DNA of 63,821 nucleotides, filler included, from Octopus bimaculoides (taxonomy: Eukaryota): NCBI RefSeq assembly GCF_001194135.2. It is 7 parts of 7 records of this genome, joined end to end, with 100 filler letters (N's around TTAATTAATTAA, not from the genome) between each part and the next. Parts side by side here need not be neighbours in the genome. Positions count along the whole stretch, not along the records: positions 18,294 to 31,548 come from NC_068985.1; positions 31,649 to 34,749 come from NC_068983.1; positions 34,850 to 49,233 come from NC_068986.1; 4 more parts are not named here. One strand, given 5' to 3'. Shown in pieces: positions 29,060-41,488 of the stretch. The notes below the pieces were generated by a model. The model ran no database searches, was not told the DNA's origin, and was given only the letters and a program-made list of their open reading frames with translations. The number at the start of each line of letters is the position of its first letter. Within the stretch, counting starts at the first letter, position 1. A program made the translations under genes and the position numbers.

Positions 29060-29415
29060 CAGAGGTTCTCAACCATTTTTCTTACGTATGCACCCCTTGG
29101 ATTAGTATCTTATTCTGGTGGAATCCCACTCCATGATTATTTAGTGTTTAAAAACTAGGTTCATAGATCCTTCTTTTAAATTTCTGTTTTGTTTTTCACA
29201 CATTAACTTGTGTAGGCTGAAGAATGTAAACTGTTAAAAAAGAAGCCTTGGTGTTTTTTGCAAATGCACACCAATATACACATCGAAAGCAAAATATTTT
29301 CAGGGGCTCTTCAGATATTATTGTGGGAACCCCAATTTTCTATTTCATGGTGTGGATCCCCCAAAATTTTACATGGATCCTCAGGGGTAACATGGATCTC
29401 AGTTGAGAACCAGTT
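29060..29415. mobile_element. hAT (Charlie-type) MITE
   Basis: TIR cagaggttctcaacc / agttgagaaccagtt; degenerate 8-bp TSD ccttaaac / actttaac. Confidence 0.7.
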
Positions 29416-29419
29416 ACTT

Positions 29420-30484
29420 TAACAATGGTTTCAAACTTTGGCATATGGATAACAGTTATTGAGGGGAGAGGGAATTCGGTTACATCACCTCCAACTGGTA
29501 CTTATTTTGTGAACTCCGAAAGGATTAAAAGCAAAGTTGACATTCGGCGGAAGTTGGACTCAGAACGGCAAGATAGATGAAATGTCGTAGCCATCCGTTA
29601 AGTAAATGAAAAAGAAAAAAATGTGGCGTGTGCTTGGGAGAAGTGAGTGCAGGATAGACCGAAATATAGCTTTAATATTGGTTTTAAACTTTTAGACAGG
29701 GCCAGCGGTTTTTGAGAGATGAGGGAATTCGATTTCATCGACAAGAGTTCTTGTCCCCGAAAGGATGAAAAGCAAAGTCGATAAGGGCAGAATTTGAACT
29801 GAGACTGGAAAGACGGACGAAATGCTGCAAAGTATTTTATCCGGCGTGTTAACGATTCTGCCTGCTAACCACCTTACACAATCTTTTCTACTCTAGACAC
29901 AAGGCCCGAAAAGGGCCAGTCGATTAGACTGACTGCAGCACGCAACTGGTATTTAATTTATCGACCTTGAAACGATGGAAGGCAAAGTCGACCTTGGCGG
30001 AAATTGAACTCAGAACGTAAAGACAGTTCAAATACCGCTAAGCATTTCGCCCGGCTTGCTAACGTTTCTGCCAGCCCGCCGTCTCATCACCTGAAAACAT
30101 TCTTTTCTGCTCTAGGAACAAGGCCCGAAAATTTTGGGGAGGGGGCCAGTCGATTAGTTCGACCCTAGTACGCAACTGGTACTTAATTTATCGATTCCGA
30201 AACGATGAAAGGCAAAGTCGACCTCGACGGAATTTGAACTCAGAACGTGCAGACTGACGCAATACCGCTAAGCATTTCGCCCGGCGTGGTAACGTTTCTT
30301 ATTTCTTTATTGCCCACAAGGGGTTAAACATAGAGGGGACAAACATGGACAGACAAAGGGATTAAGTCGGTTACATCGACCCCAGTGCATAACTGGTACT
30401 TAATTTATCGACCCCGAAAGGATGAAAGGCAAAGTCAACCTCGGCGGAATTTGAACTCAGAACGTAACAGCAGACGAAATACCG
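29420..30484 (-). mobile_element. Co-oriented array of at least 5 family A SINE copies
   Basis: Repeated actggtacttaatttatcgac..gaaaggatgaaaggcaaagtcgacctcggcggaatttgaactcagaacg units of varying divergence. Confidence 0.9.
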
Positions 30485-31496
30485 NNNNNNNNNNNNNNNN
30501 NNNNNNNNNNNNNNNNNNNNNNNNNNNNNNNNNNNNNNNNNNNNNNNNNNNNNNNNNNNNNNNNNNNNNNNNNNNNNNNNNNNNNNNNNNNNNNNNNNNN
30601 NNNNNNNNNNNNNNNNNNNNNNNNNNNNNNNNNNNNNNNNNNNNNNNNNNNNNNNNNNNNNNNNNNNNNNNNNNNNNNNNNNNNNNNNNNNNNNNNNNNN
30701 NNNNNNNNNNNNNNNNNNNNNNNNNNNNNNNNNNNNNNNNNNNNNNNNNNNNNNNNNNNNNNNNNNNNNNNNNNNNNNNNNNNNNNNNNNNNNNNNNNNN
30801 NNNNNNNNNNNNNNNNNNNNNNNNNNNNNNNNNNNNNNNNNNNNNNNNNNNNNNNNNNNNNNNNNNNNNNNNNNNNNNNNNNNNNNNNNNNNNNNNNNNN
30901 NNNNNNNNNNNNNNNNNNNNNNNNNNNNNNNNNNNNNNNNNNNNNNNNNNNNNNNNNNNNNNNNNNNNNNNNNNNNNNNNNNNNNNNNNNNNNNNNNNNN
31001 NNNNNNNNNNNNNNNNNNNNNNNNNNNNNNNNNNNNNNNNNNNNNNNNNNNNNNNNNNNNNNNNNNNNNNNNNNNNNNNNNNNNNNNNNNNNNNNNNNNN
31101 NNNNNNNNNNNNNNNNNNNNNNNNNNNNNNNNNNNNNNNNNNNNNNNNNNNNNNNNNNNNNNNNNNNNNNNAAAACAAATTAAAAAAGAATTATAATCCT
31201 AAATATTCTTCCTCCCTCTCAGCATTCTTATCTTCTTTTCATTCATCTATTGTTTCATAGAGTTTTTCCTGAAACTCGTCTGTACGTAAGTGTGTATGTT
31301 ATGGCGTGTTTACATTACGATGTAGTTGGTGGTGGTGATGGTGATGGTGGTGGTGATGGTGGTGGTGATGGTGGTGGTGATAGTGTTGACGTTGTTGTTG
31401 TTGTTGTTGAAGTTATCATTGCTGTTTCAGTTTTAAATCCAGGTCATATTTGATAGAGCAGCCACACATGCACATACACGCACGCACACACGCGCC

Positions 31497-31548
<52 letters not shown>

Positions 31549-32686
31549 NNNNNNNNNNNNNNNNNNNNNNNNNNNNNNNNNNNNNNNNNNNNTTAATTAA
31601 TTAANNNNNNNNNNNNNNNNNNNNNNNNNNNNNNNNNNNNNNNNNNNNAGTGTCTTCTACTACAGCCTCGGGCCGACCAAAGCCTTGTGAGTGGATTTGG
31701 TAGACGGAAACTGAAAGAAGCCCGTCGTATATATGTATATATATATATGTATGTATGTGTGTGTGTATGTGTTTGTGTCTGTGTTTGTCCCCCCCCCCCA
31801 ACATCGCTTGACAACCGATGCTGGTGTGTTTACGTCCCCGTAACTTAGCGGTTCGGCAAAACAGATCGATAGAATAAGTACTACGCTTCCAAAAAATAAG
31901 TCCTGGGATCGATTTGCTCGACTAAAAGCGGTGCTCCAGCATGGCTGCAGTCAAATGACTGAAACAAGTAAAAGAGTAAAAGAGTAAAAGAGTAATTTAC
32001 ATTGACAGATTTACATTTGAAATTGGTTTCTTTTCATTGGTCCTTTCAACTAACAGTTTTTTTCCTAATCAATGATGGAAGGCTTAAAATTATATCATGT
32101 GAAATCGAAGAAAACCTTAAATCAAAAATCAAAATTTCAATAATAACTGTAGTTAGAGGAAAATCAAATATACTCAGAATAAATTAATTACTGGTAAAGT
32201 AAGTTTAATTAAAAATAAATGTAAGTCTGTTTATAATAATATTCACTTACATAAATCAAATGGCCTAAAACTGAACACACTGTACTTATACATATACACA
32301 CTAAAAACGTAAACATACATATGGACACTAAACATACAAACTCTAACACATGCATACATACATATATACAAACATACACAGGCAAAATCTAAATATGAAT
32401 ATGTATACTAATGTATATATTTAGGTATCTACACACACATATATATGTACACATCATACGTCTTCATGTGCATGTTGTAAAAACACAACTTTACTGCTAC
32501 ACATTACAAAAAAAATAAGAATAAGAGGTGGTGGTTGAAAGAAAAAGAAGTGGTAGAAAGGAGGAAAAAGAAAGAGAGAGAGGAAAATAGAGATAGAAAA
32601 AGAGAGAGAAGATAACGGCATTCACTAAATATCTCCAGTATTCAAGTACTATTTTTTCCCTTGTTTCATATTTATGTTCTTACTTT

Positions 32687-32745
<59 letters not shown>

Positions 32746-33487
32746 ATATATACATGTATGTATGTNNNNNNNNNNNNNNNNNNNNNNNNNNNNNNNNNNN
32801 NNNNNNNNNNNNNNNNNNNNNNNNNNNNNNNNNNNNNNNNNNNNNNNNNNNNNNNNNNNNNNNNNNNNNNNNNNNNNNNNNNNNNNNNNNNNNNNNNNNN
32901 NNNNNNNNNNNNNNNNNNNNNNNNNNNNNNNNNNNNNNNNNNNNNNNNNNNNNNNNNNNNNNNNNNNNNNNNNNNNNNNNNNNNNNNNNNNNNNNNNNNN
33001 NNNNNNNNNNNNNNNNNNNNNNNNNNNNNNNNNNNNNNNNNNNNNNNNNNNNNNNNNNNNNNNNNNNNNNNNNNNNNNNNNNNNNNNNNNNNNNNNNNNN
33101 NNNNNNNNNNNNNNNNNNNNNNNNNNNNNNNNNNNNNNNNNNNNNNNNNNNNNNNNNNNNNNNNNNNNNNNNNNNNNNNNNNNNNNNNNNNNNNNNNNNN
33201 NNNNNNNNNNNNNNNNNNNNNNNNNNNNNNNNNNNNNNNNNNNNNNNNNNNNNNNNNNNNNNNNNNNNNNNNNNNNNNNNNNNNNNNNNNNNNNNNNNNN
33301 NNNNNNNNNNNNNNNNNNNNNNNNNNNNNNNNNNNNNNNNNNNNNNNNNNNNNNNNNNNNNNNNNNNNNNNNNNNNNNNNNNNNNNNNNNNNNNNNNNNN
33401 NNNNNNNNNNNNNNNNNNNNNNNNNNNNNNNNNNNNNNNNNNNNNNNNNNNNNNNNNNNNNNNNNNNNNNNNNNNNNNNNNNNNNNA

Positions 33488-34089
33488 CACTGGTAGAATG
33501 TGTCATATAAAACATCTTTTACTCTTAGTCTTCTTAACCAAAAAAAGGAATTCGCAAGTTATTCCATGTTAAAGTTGTCGTATTTCTGTAATTTCAACCA
33601 ATCACTGACGTCTATTCAGCTGAATAGAGTTACTGCTGGACGGTCATAAAAATGTTATTCCCTGTGACATATTTCATCCGGTTTAATCGTAATTTATACG
33701 CATATATTGTTTATATAATAAATTACGCTGTGCGTATCTATGTGTGTAACAATTTTAGAGTTCGGATTCTAGAGTTAGGGTTACTTTTCGGGTTAGGGTT
33801 AGGGTAACGGTTACGGTTAACAGTCTAGTTAGGGTTAGGGTTAGGGTTAGGGGATTAATACGATATACACCGTTACAGCGCTAACTGTTTTCAACTGAAT
33901 AGATGTCAGTGATTAGTAGAAATTATAGAAATAAGACAATTTTTTACATGAAATAAATTCGAATACAAAAATATTTTTCTGTTCTATAACACAAAATAGA
34001 TAAGTATACGAAGTTTGAAAGTCTTTCCGTACCAAAAACACTACATAAAACATAAATGAAAACTGGCGCCCCCGTTTTGAAATAGATCC
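33488..34089. mobile_element. Second copy of the Merlin-like MITE (left end in gap), containing a perfect (TTAGGG)4
   Basis: Same internal sequence as 36930-37085 and 37600-37925; (TTAGGG)4 at 33829-33852; right end ...gaaatagatcc. Confidence 0.75.
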
Positions 34090-34529
34090 TCCAGATGGCT
34101 GTTTCTAGCTCTTTAGCCTTCTTCAATGAGGAATACCAAAGAGAGATAAACTGGGCAGACTGAATCTGTAACAATTTACATCAGTGACTGACTTGTGCTA
34201 TTCGACTGCCTGGACAGGATAAATATAACAGCATCATCAATGAGCAGAGATTAGGAATAAATGACCTTTAGAAATTAAAATATGTTTGTGACATATTTTA
34301 ATGTCTGATCGTTTGTGTCTTATTTCTATGCTGGGAGATTAAGGAGAATAATCTGACCTCTGAATTCTTCAGTGATCATGAAAAGGTCAGTTGTTTGTTT
34401 AGGTTTGAGCTGTTCCTTGCCCAAACCCTAAATAACTAAATGAAGGACTCATATCTCTGTCTTCAGGTTTTCAGCCAGTTAGCTGAGAGCATCTTTTGGC
34501 CAAATGGAAAGTGACTATGCAATACATAT

Positions 34530-34749
34530 ATCATCATCATCATCATCATCATCATCGTTTAGCGTCCTCTTTCCATGCTAGCATGGGTTGGACGACTTGA
34601 CTGAGGACTGGTGAAACCGGATGGCAACACCAGGCTCCAATCTAAATTTGGCAGAGTTTCTACAGCTGGATGCCCTTCCTAACGCCAACCACTCAGAGAG
34701 TGTAGTAGGTGCTTTTACGTGTCACCTGCACGAAGGCCAGTCAGGCCAT
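34530..34749 (-). mobile_element. RTE 3'-end copy
   Basis: Same family, (cat)n tail. Confidence 0.85.
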
Positions 34750-34849
34750 NNNNNNNNNNNNNNNNNNNNNNNNNNNNNNNNNNNNNNNNNNNNTTAATTA
34801 ATTAANNNNNNNNNNNNNNNNNNNNNNNNNNNNNNNNNNNNNNNNNNNN

Positions 34850-35622
34850 AGAAGGCTCGCCGTGAGAGATGCGAGCCAAGTGCCAGTAAAAGGAACCAGA
34901 GAGTGACAGACAACCGTTATATATAAAGAGAGTAAGTTTATTAACATAGTGAAACTGTAGAGTCTGCGTGTGCGTGCATGCGGTATATATAAATAACACA
35001 ATACATAAGTCAGGCCTTCGTGTACAAGAGTATGTATACAACAATATGAATGACAGACTGTCGTATAAGCAAGAGCGTGTGTACAATATGTGAGAGTACA
35101 ATATGCGTAGAAGAGAGGAATACAGAACATAGAAAGAGTGTCTGTAACATAGACTATAAAAGTCCTAAACAGAGATAAAGAAATACCAGTTCGTTTAAGA
35201 GTTACACAAGGAGATAGAATGTTCATACGCAGGAAGTTGTGGCCAAGAGATCAGGGCTGTGGTGTCACATGTTGTGTGTGTTGAGCGTCGATGCTGCGAC
35301 CGGTTACCTGGTACAGAATATTCTCTTTGTGGTAGAAATAATCCACTCATACAGTGTCGAGATGAAACCGCGTTTGTTGATGTTGGTGTGTACTCTGGTG
35401 GTGGTGTTGCTGGCGACGACATTGTTGTAGACATGGTGGTGAAGTCGCTGGAGCTGTGTTTTGTATGTGGTCGCGACGACTGGTATAGTTGGAGCGGGCT
35501 TATTTATAGATAAGATAGGGCTCCAGAAAACAGGCAGAAATCACTCTCACGTGACCTTATTAGAAGGCCACGATTGGACGGAATGCACCCTGGCGCGAAA
35601 CAGAACTGGTGATGATTGCTGC
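34850..35622 (-). mobile_element. Unclassified retroelement fragment (LTR/pseudo-LTR-like)
   Basis: Complex CpG-rich sequence between gaps with minus-strand TATATAA and AATAAA in an LTR-like context; degenerate coding not assignable. Confidence 0.3.
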
Positions 35623-35887
35623 NNNNNNNNNNNNNNNNNNNNNNNNNNNNNNNNNNNNNNNNNNNNNNNNNNNNNNNNNNNNNNNNNNNNNNNNNNNNNN
35701 NNNNNNNNNNNNNNNNNNNNNNNNNNNNNNNNNNNNNNNNNNNNNNNNNNNNNNNNNNNNNNNNNNNNNNNNNNNNNNNNNNNNNNNNNNNNNNNNNNNN
35801 NNNNNNNNNNNNNNNNNNNNNNNNNNNNNNNNNNNNNNNNNNNNNNNNNNNNNNNNNNNNNNNNNNNNNNNNNNNNNNNNNNNNNNN

Positions 35888-35932
<45 letters not shown>

Positions 35933-36015
35933 TTATATATCGTCATCATCATCATTCAAAGTTTGGGTAAACCTCGTCACCCACTCACTCTCTCTCTCTC
36001 TTTCTTTCTCTTCCT

Positions 36016-38090
36016 TTGAGGTGACGGTCCAAATAAGTGTCCCGGAACTGCACTGGAAGGAAGACCTCCCATCTGCTACCACTGTGGAGTACGGGGTCAC
36101 ATGCAAGCGAGGTGTCCTCAGAAACAAGAAGTGGAACAGGTAGTAGAATAAGAGGAGCAGGAGAGGGAGGTGGAGCAAGGTGTGTTGGCGCAGGGCCAGG
36201 TAAAGGATGTAATGAAAGCAGCAGAAGTGAAACACCAAGTCGGAGAAAGAAAGAAAAGAAGGGAGAAAATGCATTATCGCCTCAAAAGCCCACAGAAAAA
36301 AACGAAAAGGCAATTTGGAGGAGATGCAGACAGAAGGTGCAGAAGTAGCAAAAAAAAAAAAAAAATTGCGGAAGAGAGAACAAATGGAAAAGAAAGTATG
36401 CAGAAAGGAAGTGAAACAACAACTAGGAGTGGCAGTAAGATGGACACACAAGTACCAGGAACATCGGGAGAGAGTGGAGATGGGAAGTGGGAAGTGGAGG
36501 CGAAAAGAAGAAATTTGTGGAGGTTGGTGGAATACAAGAAGTGTATAGAGATAGAGAGAGGATTACGAAGATGAAAAATGTCATAAGAGTTAAGATAACG
36601 GGAATTGAGGGAAATAAACATACAGAGGACGACAAGGCGGTTTTGCTGGAAAGTGACAGAGCGGATAAATTGAAAGAATTGTTTGGTGAGCAGATGGATG
36701 TGGTTTAGATGTGACCATTTGTCACCAGTTTTGGCATTCGAAGACATTGTGCAATACTTTGCTATGAAAATAGTAAGTAAAATCTGTAAAATTGAAATGT
36801 GTTTTTTTTTGTTTTTAAAAGTACTATAAACTGTACACGAACAGGAACTGCATAAACAGTTAAATGACACGGATCTTTCTGATTTGACGGGCACCACTTG
36901 TTTTCTTAACGAAACACTTTCAAACTTAGGATACTGGTAGAATGTGTCATATAAAACATCTTTTTCTCTTAACCTTCTTAACAAAAATTTCTTCTTAATA
37001 AGTTATTTCATGTTAAAGTTGTCGTATTTCTGTAATTTCAACCAATCACTGACGTCTATTCAGCTGAATACAGTTACTGCTGTTTTTGTAAACAATAATT
37101 TTTGCTGGTGTCAAGAGTGTTATTCCCTGTTTAATTATATCATTATTCCCTAGTAAGGGTTTAGGGTTAGGGTTCGGGTTTTAGAGTTAGGGTTATGGTT
37201 ANNNNNNNNNNNNNNNNNNNNNNNNNNNNNNNNNNNNNNNNNNNNNNNNNNNNNNNNNNNNNNNNNNNNNNNNNNNNNNNNNNNNNNNNNNNNNNNNNNN
37301 NNNNNNNNNNNNNNNNNNNNNNNNNNNNNNNNNNNNNNNNNNNNNNNNNNNNNNNNNNNNNNNNNNNNNNNNNNNNNNNNNNNNNNNNNNNNNNGTTATG
37401 GCAAAAATAATCATAACCCTAAAACTAACCCTAACTCTAAAACCCGAACCCTAACCCTAAAGCTAAAACCAGTACAAACGCACGAACAATGTCATAAATA
37501 ACAGTATCACGGATAGTTGTTGTTGACAAACTACAGCACTAATTTTATTCAAGGGAAAAGATCCCATGACACCATTAGAATATGTTGTTTACATTCCACG
37601 GCAGTAATTGTTTTCACCTCAGTAGACGTCAGTGATTGGTTGAAATTACCGAAATACGACAATTTTTTACATGAAATAACTTCGAATACAAAATTTTTTA
37701 TCTGTGCTATAACACAAAATATACAAGTATACGAAGTTTGAAAGTGTTTCGGTGATCTTTCTGATTTGACGGGCACCACTCGTTTTCTTAACGAAACACT
37801 TTCAAACTTGGGAAACTGGTAGAATATGTCATATAAAACATCTACGAAGTTTGAAAGTGTTTCGGTACCAAAAACACTACATAAAACATAAATGAAAAGT
37901 GTTGCCCGTCAAATCAGAAAGATCCAATGACACTGCGTATGGGGCGCGAATAAGATATTTCATTTTTCTTATTATATCACTGTAGTCATAGTCATTCAAT
38001 TTTCGTTTTATGTACCCCACTGTACTGTGTTGTTTGTCTTTGTTCATCCCTTCTTTCTAAGAGCTATATGCTTATAATAAAGGAAAAAAC
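36016..38090 (+). mobile_element. 5'-truncated copy of the same ORF1 element with 3' region and polyA signal
   Basis: 36016-36350 is homologous to about 39615-40010; knuckle CYHCGVRGHMQARC at 36074-36115; ORF1-like coding continues to a stop at 36708; AATAAA at 38076-38081; no ORF2 in between. Confidence 0.65.
36871..37925. mobile_element. Merlin-like non-autonomous DNA transposon with 8-bp TSD and telomeric repeats
   Basis: TIR ggatctttctgatttgacgggc / gcccgtcaaatcagaaagatcc; TSD AATGACAC at 36863-36870 and 37926-37933; subterminal inverted repeats (about 37003-37085 vs 37597-37680); TTAGGG-like at 37150-37200 and CCCTAA-like at 37410-37460. Superfamily inferred from GG termini plus 8-bp TSD. 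Confidence 0.8.
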
Positions 38091-38476
38091 ACCTTTTTCG
38101 TCTGCGACACAGTGTTGTTTTCAGTTGTAACCTGCAGTATGTGAGTTCGTTTCCTGTTCTGTTATTGCGAATTTATGTTATATTTGAATTGAAAATTTTA
38201 TTGGAATTTGAACTGTTATCCTGTAGAAAACTATAATTTTCGTCCTACGGGGTAGAAAATTTCTGTAAATTTATTGAACTGTGATTTTGCAAAGACAGTT
38301 TCTGGAAATTTTCATGTCATTTGTGACCAACGAAGTTATGGACACTCAACCAGCTGTCAGCTATGCTACGGCAGCAAGAAGGGGTGTAAATAGCGACGTT
38401 GTGCAGGTCAAAGAAGTAAAATTCGACAAACAAAGACTAAAAAAGGCTAACGAGCTAATTGTTAAAGAAGGAAACG

Positions 38477-38622
38477 CAGTAAATTTTCAGATTAACACCC
38501 GCACGATTTTCACTAGGGTGTTAGGGTCAGGGTTAGGGACGGAATTCCCTTACCCTGACCCTAAAACCCTAACACTAACACCCTAGTGAAAATCGTGCGG
38601 GTGTTAATCTGAAAATTTACCG
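38477..38622. mobile_element. Palindromic 146-bp MITE with 6-bp TSD GAAACG and TTAGGG-like core
   Basis: cagtaaattttcagattaacacccgcacgattttcactagggtgttag ... ctaacaccctagtgaaaatcgtgcgggtgttaatctgaaaatttaccg; GAAACG at 38471-38476 and 38623-38628. Confidence 0.9.
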
Positions 38623-39137
38623 GAAACGCTATTATATATATGTATATATATATATATATATACACCAAATATACACAATATATATCTATATTTAATAACG
38701 AACCATGTAATTCACACTGTAAATTTTATTTCTGTAAAATGTTGGGAGTGGGTAAAATTTCCGAGGCTTTCACCTCACCCNNNNNNNNNNNNNNNNNNNN
38801 NNNNNNNNNNNNNNNNNNNNNNNNNNNNNNNNNNNNNNNNNNNNNNNNNNNNNNNNNNNNNNNNNNNNNNNNNNNNNNNNNNNNNNNNNNNNNNNNNNNN
38901 NNNNNNNNNNNNNNNNNNNNNNNNNNNNNNNNNNNNNNNNNNNNNNNNNNNNNNNNNNNNNNNNNNNNNNNNNNNNNNNNNNNNNNNNNNNNNNNNNNNN
39001 NNNNNNNNNNNNNNNNNNNNNNNNNNNNNNNNNNNNNNNNNNNNNNNNNNNNNNNNNNNNNNNNNNNNNNNNNNNNNNNNNNNNNNNNNNNNNNNNNNNN
39101 NNNNNNNNNNNNNNNNNNNNNNNNNNNNNNNNNNNNN

Positions 39138-39251
39138 TTCACTAGGGTGTTAGGGTCAGGGTTAGGGACGGAATTCCCTTACCCTGACCCTAAAACCCTA
39201 ACACTAACACCCTAGTGAAAATCGTGCGGGTGTTAATCTGAAAAATTACCG
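39138..39251. mobile_element. Second copy of the same palindromic MITE (left end in gap)
   Basis: Nearly identical to about 38508-38622. Confidence 0.8.
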
Positions 39252-40379
39252 AACACTGTCTAACATCAGCAAAAAGGTGGAAATAGCAACCATTGAAGAA
39301 ATGGAGGAGTGCCTCAAGGAGGTGAAGCACTTTACCACGTACTACACCAGAGGCAAGAAGTACGGCACAGTGGAGGTACGGTTTGCGACCGAACAAGACG
39401 CAATAAAGTGCTCCACTGTGCTATTAAGGTCGGGTAAGTGTGCACTACTGTCAACTTACTGTGGCAAACGTGCGGCCAGAATTAAGATAGGCAGAGTGCC
39501 CCCAGAAATTGATGAAACGTGGCTGGTGGCGGCAATCCTCTAAAACGCCGAGGAGGAAAGCAATGTCCTGAAGGTTACGAGGACAACTGAGGTAAACTGG
39601 TTTGCACACGGCCTTGAGGTGACGGTCCAAAGCATTGTCCCGGATCTGCAGAAAACTGTGGATGAGATTGTGTTGCCGGAGGAGGCAAACTACGAGTGGT
39701 AGTGGAAGGAAGACCTCCCATCTGCTACCACTGTGGAGTACAGGGTCACATGCAAGCGAGGTGTCCTCAGAAAAACAAGTGGAACAGGAGGTAGAGCAGG
39801 TGCAGGAGGAGGTGGAGCAAGGTGTGGTGACGCAAGGCCAGGTAAAGGAAGTAAAGGAAACAGTAGAAGGAAAATACCCAGTCGGAAAGACAAAGAAAAA
39901 AAGGGAGGAAAATGCATTATCGCCTCCAAAAAGTCCGCAAAAAAAAAAAAAAAATGAAAAGGCAATTTGGAGGAGATGCAAATAGGTGCAGAAGTAGCAA
40001 AAAAAGACATTCTGTGACATCTTGTGTGTCTCTTGTTATAGGTCCGAGTTTTCCAAAGCCATTTGAATGGATTTGGTAGATGGAAGCATGTTGCATGTGT
40101 GTGTGTGTCTCCTTGTCTTCACATTGTGTGACAGATGTAAATGAACATCATCATATAAGCAGGTGGTGTCGTTTGTTTCTGATTTTCTGTGGAAACAGGT
40201 CAAACCATAGGGAAATATTACATTGCTTGGTAGTAGGTGACGGTTGGCAAAATAAAGGGTAGAAAAATCTGCTTCAACAAATTCCGTTTGACTCATACAA
40301 GAATGAAAAAGTGGACTTTAAACCGATGAAAATGATCTCCTTATGCAGTTACTCTGTCACATTGTTACCTTCATTTTTA

Positions 40380-40560
40380 ACTCATAGTCCTCGCTGAACA
40401 TTTCGTCTTCACAAGCTTTGCTATGTCTTGAGTAATTAGTTGTTGCGCACTGGGTAAAAACTACAAAACAAAATAAACCCCCATCCAACAAACAAACGAA
40501 AGTTTCAATGGTCGATTAGAAGCCGCGCACCGACTACATTTATAAATGTCTTTTACGATC
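40380..40560. promoter_or_regulatory. Possible ALG12 promoter region
   Basis: Unique CpG-containing stretch (gttgcgcac, agccgcgcaccgactacatt) upstream of the acceptor-preceded ATG exon; position and composition only, no direct evidence. Confidence 0.2.
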
Positions 40561-41488
40561 TAACTTAGATAATAGGGGAAACAACTCTTTCTATTACTAT
40601 GACTGACTGCGATTAAAAAAAGTTTTGTTTATAAAAATTATCAATATTCGAGTCTTTTTTTTTTTTTATTGTTATAAAGGATTTTTGTTGATTATTGGCA
40701 GAAATATCATTGATAAGAAAAGACTTTATTCACACAATACCTCAGCAACCTTCAATTATCGTCCAGTGAATTGATATTTAAATAAAAAAATCTAATTTAA
40801 CAATGAGTTCAGGATATTTGTAACAGTGACATTCTTTATTAAGAATGCGAGGCACATATTTTTCCCTTTTATTATGCAAAGACCTGAAATTGTGTTGTGT
40901 AACGTAGCTCACACATTTTTTTTATTACAGTATTGGTACCACAGGTAGATGCATCTTCTATCTATTCCGGTCATTTGACTGCGGCCAGTCGTGGTACCGC
41001 CTTGAAGAAATTTTAGTCGAATGAATGAATCCCAGTACTTATTTTTTAAAGCCCGGTGCTTATTTTATCGATTACTTTTGCCGAACTGTTAAGTTATGAG
41101 GACGTGAACAAACCAACCCCTATTGTCAAGCAGTGATGGGGGACAAGCACAGACACAAAAACACACACAACTGACTTCTTTCAGTTTCCAAATCCACTCA
41201 CAAAGCTTTCGTCGGCCTAAGGTGCAACACATTGGGTCTGAGCCTGAAACCATGTGATTGGGAAGGAAGCTTCTTATCATACAGCCACGTTGCGTATGTA
41301 AGATTTTGGAAAGTTATAACGTTGAAGTACACAGTCATCTTGGAAGTGATGACGTAAGTTTTTATTTTTTATATATCTTTATGAATTTTCTTAAAACTTT
41401 TTGTTTGGATATATAGAATTACACGTAGATTCACAAATGGATTCATTTGACATAAGTTTCATCATTTTACATTTAAATGGAGGATATA

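Larger units (their letters stand above)
38091..40010 (+). mobile_element. Tx1/L1-like ORF1 (gag-like, CCHC zinc knuckle) retroelement, disrupted and 3'-truncated
   Basis: MDTQPAVSYATAARRG start (38338); TLSNISKKVEIATIEEMEECL...RFATEQDAIK...IKIGRVPPEIDETWL; VEGRPPICYHCGVQGHMQARCP (C-x2-C-x4-H-x4-C at 39723-39764). Broken by a stop, frameshifts and MITE insertions. Confidence 0.75.

Noticed and set aside
38508-39251. Near-identical MITE halves on either side of the 38781-39137 gap as one duplicated locus
   Set aside because: The right flanks differ (gaaacgctatt vs aacactgtct), so they are treated as two insertions; an assembly or haplotype artefact cannot be excluded without long reads.
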